A DNA stretch of 18,078 nucleotides from positions 1-18,078 of the forward strand of contig CBDURU010000075.1 of the NCBI GenBank assembly GCA_965369865.1, read 5' to 3'. The translations under genes and the position numbers were made by a program. Below the pieces are notes generated by a model. It worked only from the letters and a program-made list of their open reading frames with translations. It did no database searches and was not told the DNA's origin. Below are positions 15,584 to 18,078 of the stretch, in pieces (position 1 is the first letter of the stretch; each line of letters begins with the position of its first letter). The DNA is from an uncultured bacterium. Its GTDB lineage: Bacteria > JAJVIF01 > JAPKYR01.

Positions 15584-17086
15584 CTATTCATCAGACGTTA
15601 TTTCATCAACTTCATCTGACTCGGAATCGTCCGGGACATCCGGAGGTTCACCGGTGGCCAGCCATTCCGTCATGATTTCCTGGGCGCTGTTACGCTGGTA
15701 ATCGTGCTCCTGCATGTATTCGTACATGGCATTCCGGAGTTCAAGGAATTCAATATTTAATTCCTCCAACCGGTCGAGAAATACTCCGACCTCCGGATCC
15801 AGTTCGCGAAGGGCCTCGGGTTCCAGAGTGTATTCGATGTCCGGAACGATCCCGTCGGCGGTAATCTCATGACGGTCTGGCGTCAGATAATGTCCAGTTG
15901 TGAGTATAAGGCCGGAACCGTCCCGGAGCGTGTAAACATTTTGCACGACTCCCTTACCGAAAGTGGTTTCACCAAGTAAAATCCCCATGTGGGTATCCCT
16001 TACCGCTCCGGCGACAATCTCGGATGCGCTGGCGGAGTTTCGGTTAACCAGGACAATCAGGGGAATATTCAGGGCATCGCCATTATCTTCGCTTCTTAGT
16101 TCTTCTTGATGTCCGGATGAGTCCTCGTAATAGACCATAACTCCGTCGGAAATAAAAATGTCCGCGATATGCTGAGCCGCGGTCATCGGGCCGCCGGTAT
16201 TATTTCTGAGATCGAAGATAAGGCCTTCCATCCCCTGGAATCTAAGCTCGTTGGCAGCCTCCCTGACATCGACGGGAGAAAAATTGTTGAATGAATCCAG
16301 ACGAATATAGCCGATCTTGTCGTCAAGCATTTCGACCGCGCCAACAGTCGGCACCTGGACCACCTTGCGTGTTATTTCGAACGTTTCGGTGGTTTGAATA
16401 CTTCCACGCCAGATCGTAATTGTCACCTGAGTATCTTCCGGTCCCTTTATTACCGCCACTGCGTCATCAGCGATTCCGCCTCTGAGATTGATGCCGTCCA
16501 CGCAGAGAATGACATCGTCAGTTTTGAGTCCCGATTCATAAGCCGGGCCGGTTTCAAACACCTGGACCACTACCACTCCACGGGTTTCACCATAAAAAGC
16601 CGGATCGTATTCATCGGCGCCGTTCTCGATTTCGCAATCGAGCGCGTAATGCGGCAGCACACCTGGACGATCGATAATACTGATCCCGACACCGGCATAT
16701 GAGCCTTCAATCTCTTCGGTTAAAACCTCCTGGTCGGGAGGTGGAATAAAGCGTGAGTAACGATCGCCGAGTGCGGCAACAGCCCCCATTGCCGCCCCGT
16801 GAACAACATTTTCCGTGACTATATCGTCCCTGTAAAGGTATGTTGCCGATATGTAAGCCAGCACATCGTTAAAAACCCAGAGATCCCTGTCTGTAAATCC
16901 CTGCGGATTTGCATGCAGTCCGTATGAAACCACAGACGATGCTTTCGACAGCCATTGGGGAAGCCTGTCATGCTCTTCGAGAAGCTGGAAAACTCCGCGA
17001 ATCTGGAATCCGAAGAGAAACGCGAGTACCAGGGTCAGCACCAGCGAGATATTGAATATCCGTCGTGCTCTATGTTCGTTTTTCAT
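15584..17086 (-). CDS. ctpA: C-terminal processing protease, S41A family with PDZ domain
   Basis: N-terminal TM anchor, GVGISI PDZ start, IGYIRL, DLRNNTGG, SASASE (catalytic Ser), GETTFGKG (Lys) and GIVPDI. Confidence 0.9.
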   Translation of the reverse strand: MKNEHRARRIFNISLVLTLVLAFLFGFQIRGVFQLLEEHDRLPQWLSKASSVVSYGLHANPQGFTDRDLWVFNDVLAYISATYLYRDDIVTENVVHGAAMGAVAALGDRYSRFIPPPDQEVLTEEIEGSYAGVGISIIDRPGVLPHYALDCEIENGADEYDPAFYGETRGVVVVQVFETGPAYESGLKTDDVILCVDGINLRGGIADDAVAVIKGPEDTQVTITIWRGSIQTTETFEITRKVVQVPTVGAVEMLDDKIGYIRLDSFNNFSPVDVREAANELRFQGMEGLIFDLRNNTGGPMTAAQHIADIFISDGVMVYYEDSSGHQEELRSEDNGDALNIPLIVLVNRNSASASEIVAGAVRDTHMGILLGETTFGKGVVQNVYTLRDGSGLILTTGHYLTPDRHEITADGIVPDIEYTLEPEALRELDPEVGVFLDRLEELNIEFLELRNAMYEYMQEHDYQRNSAQEIMTEWLATGEPPDVPDDSESDEVDEITSDE

Positions 17087-17122
17087 GAGTTCTTTCCAAG
17101 TTTGGTTTTACTGAAATTAACA

Positions 17123-18078
17123 CTAAATATAGTTCTCCGGGTTGACGGGTTCACCATTTACACGAACCTCAAAATGAAGATGATTACCGGTTGAATACCC
17201 AGTGGATCCGACTTTTGCTACAACCTGCCCGCGACTCACCATTTCACCGACCCTGACCTCGACCGAGGATGCATGGGCGTAGAGAGTTGCCAGGCCGTTT
17301 CCGTGGTCGATTATCACCGTATTGCCGTACCCGCGTTTCCAGCCCGAATACACAATTATCCCGGCCTGGGCGGCATGTATCAGGGTTCCGTACGGTGCGG
17401 CCATATCAACTCCGGTATGCATCCTCTGGTCACCGAAAATCGGATGAATCCTGTTCCCGAATGGAGAATTAATTGGATAGTCGACAGGCTTGATCAACGC
17501 TCCGGATACGCCACCGGTGTAAGTGGAAGCCTGTAAAAGCATCGCGAATTCGTAACTTGCCGCTTGGAGGTCCCTCATCGACTGCTCGACAATTGCCATA
17601 TCGCTGGATAGTGCCGAAACCCTTGAGTAACGTTCCTCTCGAAGTTCCTGGTAGCGTTCCTCATCCACCCGCATTTCGACCACCAATTCCTCAAATTCGG
17701 ATATTTCCGATCCAAGCTGTGTTGTCTGTTCATAAAGCCGGCCCTGCTGGTCGCGTATGAAATCAATTATCCCCTGGTCGTTCTCCATGATTGCTTCCAT
17801 ATAGGAAGCCACAAGGAAAAAGCTTGAAAGATCGCCGGTGTTGATGATACTTCCAAGCATACTTCCCGCACCCTCTTTGTACCACTCAACAAGGCGGTCC
17901 GCGAACCGCTGCCGTGCATCTTCAAGGTCTGCACGCGCATGCTCGTTTGATGCGTTAAGCATTTCGACCTGGGTGCGTTTGCGTTCCAGTGCGAGCGTCG
18001 TATCCTCGAGACTGTTAGCGATTGAGCTGATCTGCCGGTCAAGGCTTCCTAACTCATCAAGCGCAAGGCTTTCCGCCT
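17123..18078 (-). CDS. EnvC-like coiled-coil plus M23 peptidase (5'-truncated by the window edge)
   Basis: The frame stays open from 17962 to the window end (...AESLALDELGSLDRQISSIANSLEDTTLALERKRTQVEM...). M23 motifs HTGVD, GYGN and STGNHLHFEVR are intact. Lies upstream of ctpA. Confidence 0.88.
   Translation of the reverse strand, partial: AESLALDELGSLDRQISSIANSLEDTTLALERKRTQVEMLNASNEHARADLEDARQRFADRLVEWYKEGAGSMLGSIINTGDLSSFFLVASYMEAIMENDQGIIDFIRDQQGRLYEQTTQLGSEISEFEELVVEMRVDEERYQELREERYSRVSALSSDMAIVEQSMRDLQAASYEFAMLLQASTYTGGVSGALIKPVDYPINSPFGNRIHPIFGDQRMHTGVDMAAPYGTLIHAAQAGIIVYSGWKRGYGNTVIIDHGNGLATLYAHASSVEVRVGEMVSRGQVVAKVGSTGYSTGNHLHFEVRVNGEPVNPENYI

Noticed and set aside
591..18042. Numerous short alternative-frame and antisense ORFs in the track (e.g. 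2286-2687, 6190-6660, 6990-7202, 9603-10050, 11884-12264)
   Set aside because: They are shadows of well-supported genes or read-throughs of repeats and leaders, with no independent motifs.

Overview
Bacterial chromosomal window, probably from a diderm lineage with an SLH-anchored outer-membrane protein (inferred from the OmpM-like gene; no finer taxonomy claimed). Conventional genes: hemW, a stand-alone PilB/GspE ATPase with an MshEN-like N-terminus, an OmpM/SomA-like SLH-beta-barrel protein, an unpaired Wzm-type ABC permease, and a minus-strand run of EnvC-like M23 peptidase (partial), CtpA/S41 protease, NYN-domain protein and a beta-rich exported protein. The most unusual feature is a pair of lipoproteins (337-2850 +; 11049-13511 -). 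They share an unrecognised ~330-aa N-terminal module with a CxxC motif, then switch at the same point to different repeat arrays: a 7-repeat beta-propeller in one, two capped LRR solenoids in the other. The LRR repeats have near-identical scaffold DNA and vary mainly at predicted concave-face positions. Non-coding signals: a promoter-driven ~195-nt structured RNA resembling 6S RNA (3197-3391), a structured pilB leader that overlaps the SD, a 50-codon ORF upstream of the OmpM-like gene, REP-like clusters sharing a 17-bp head duplication, and a duplicated 38-bp translation-initiation region. All calls come from reading the sequence by eye; no searches were run.
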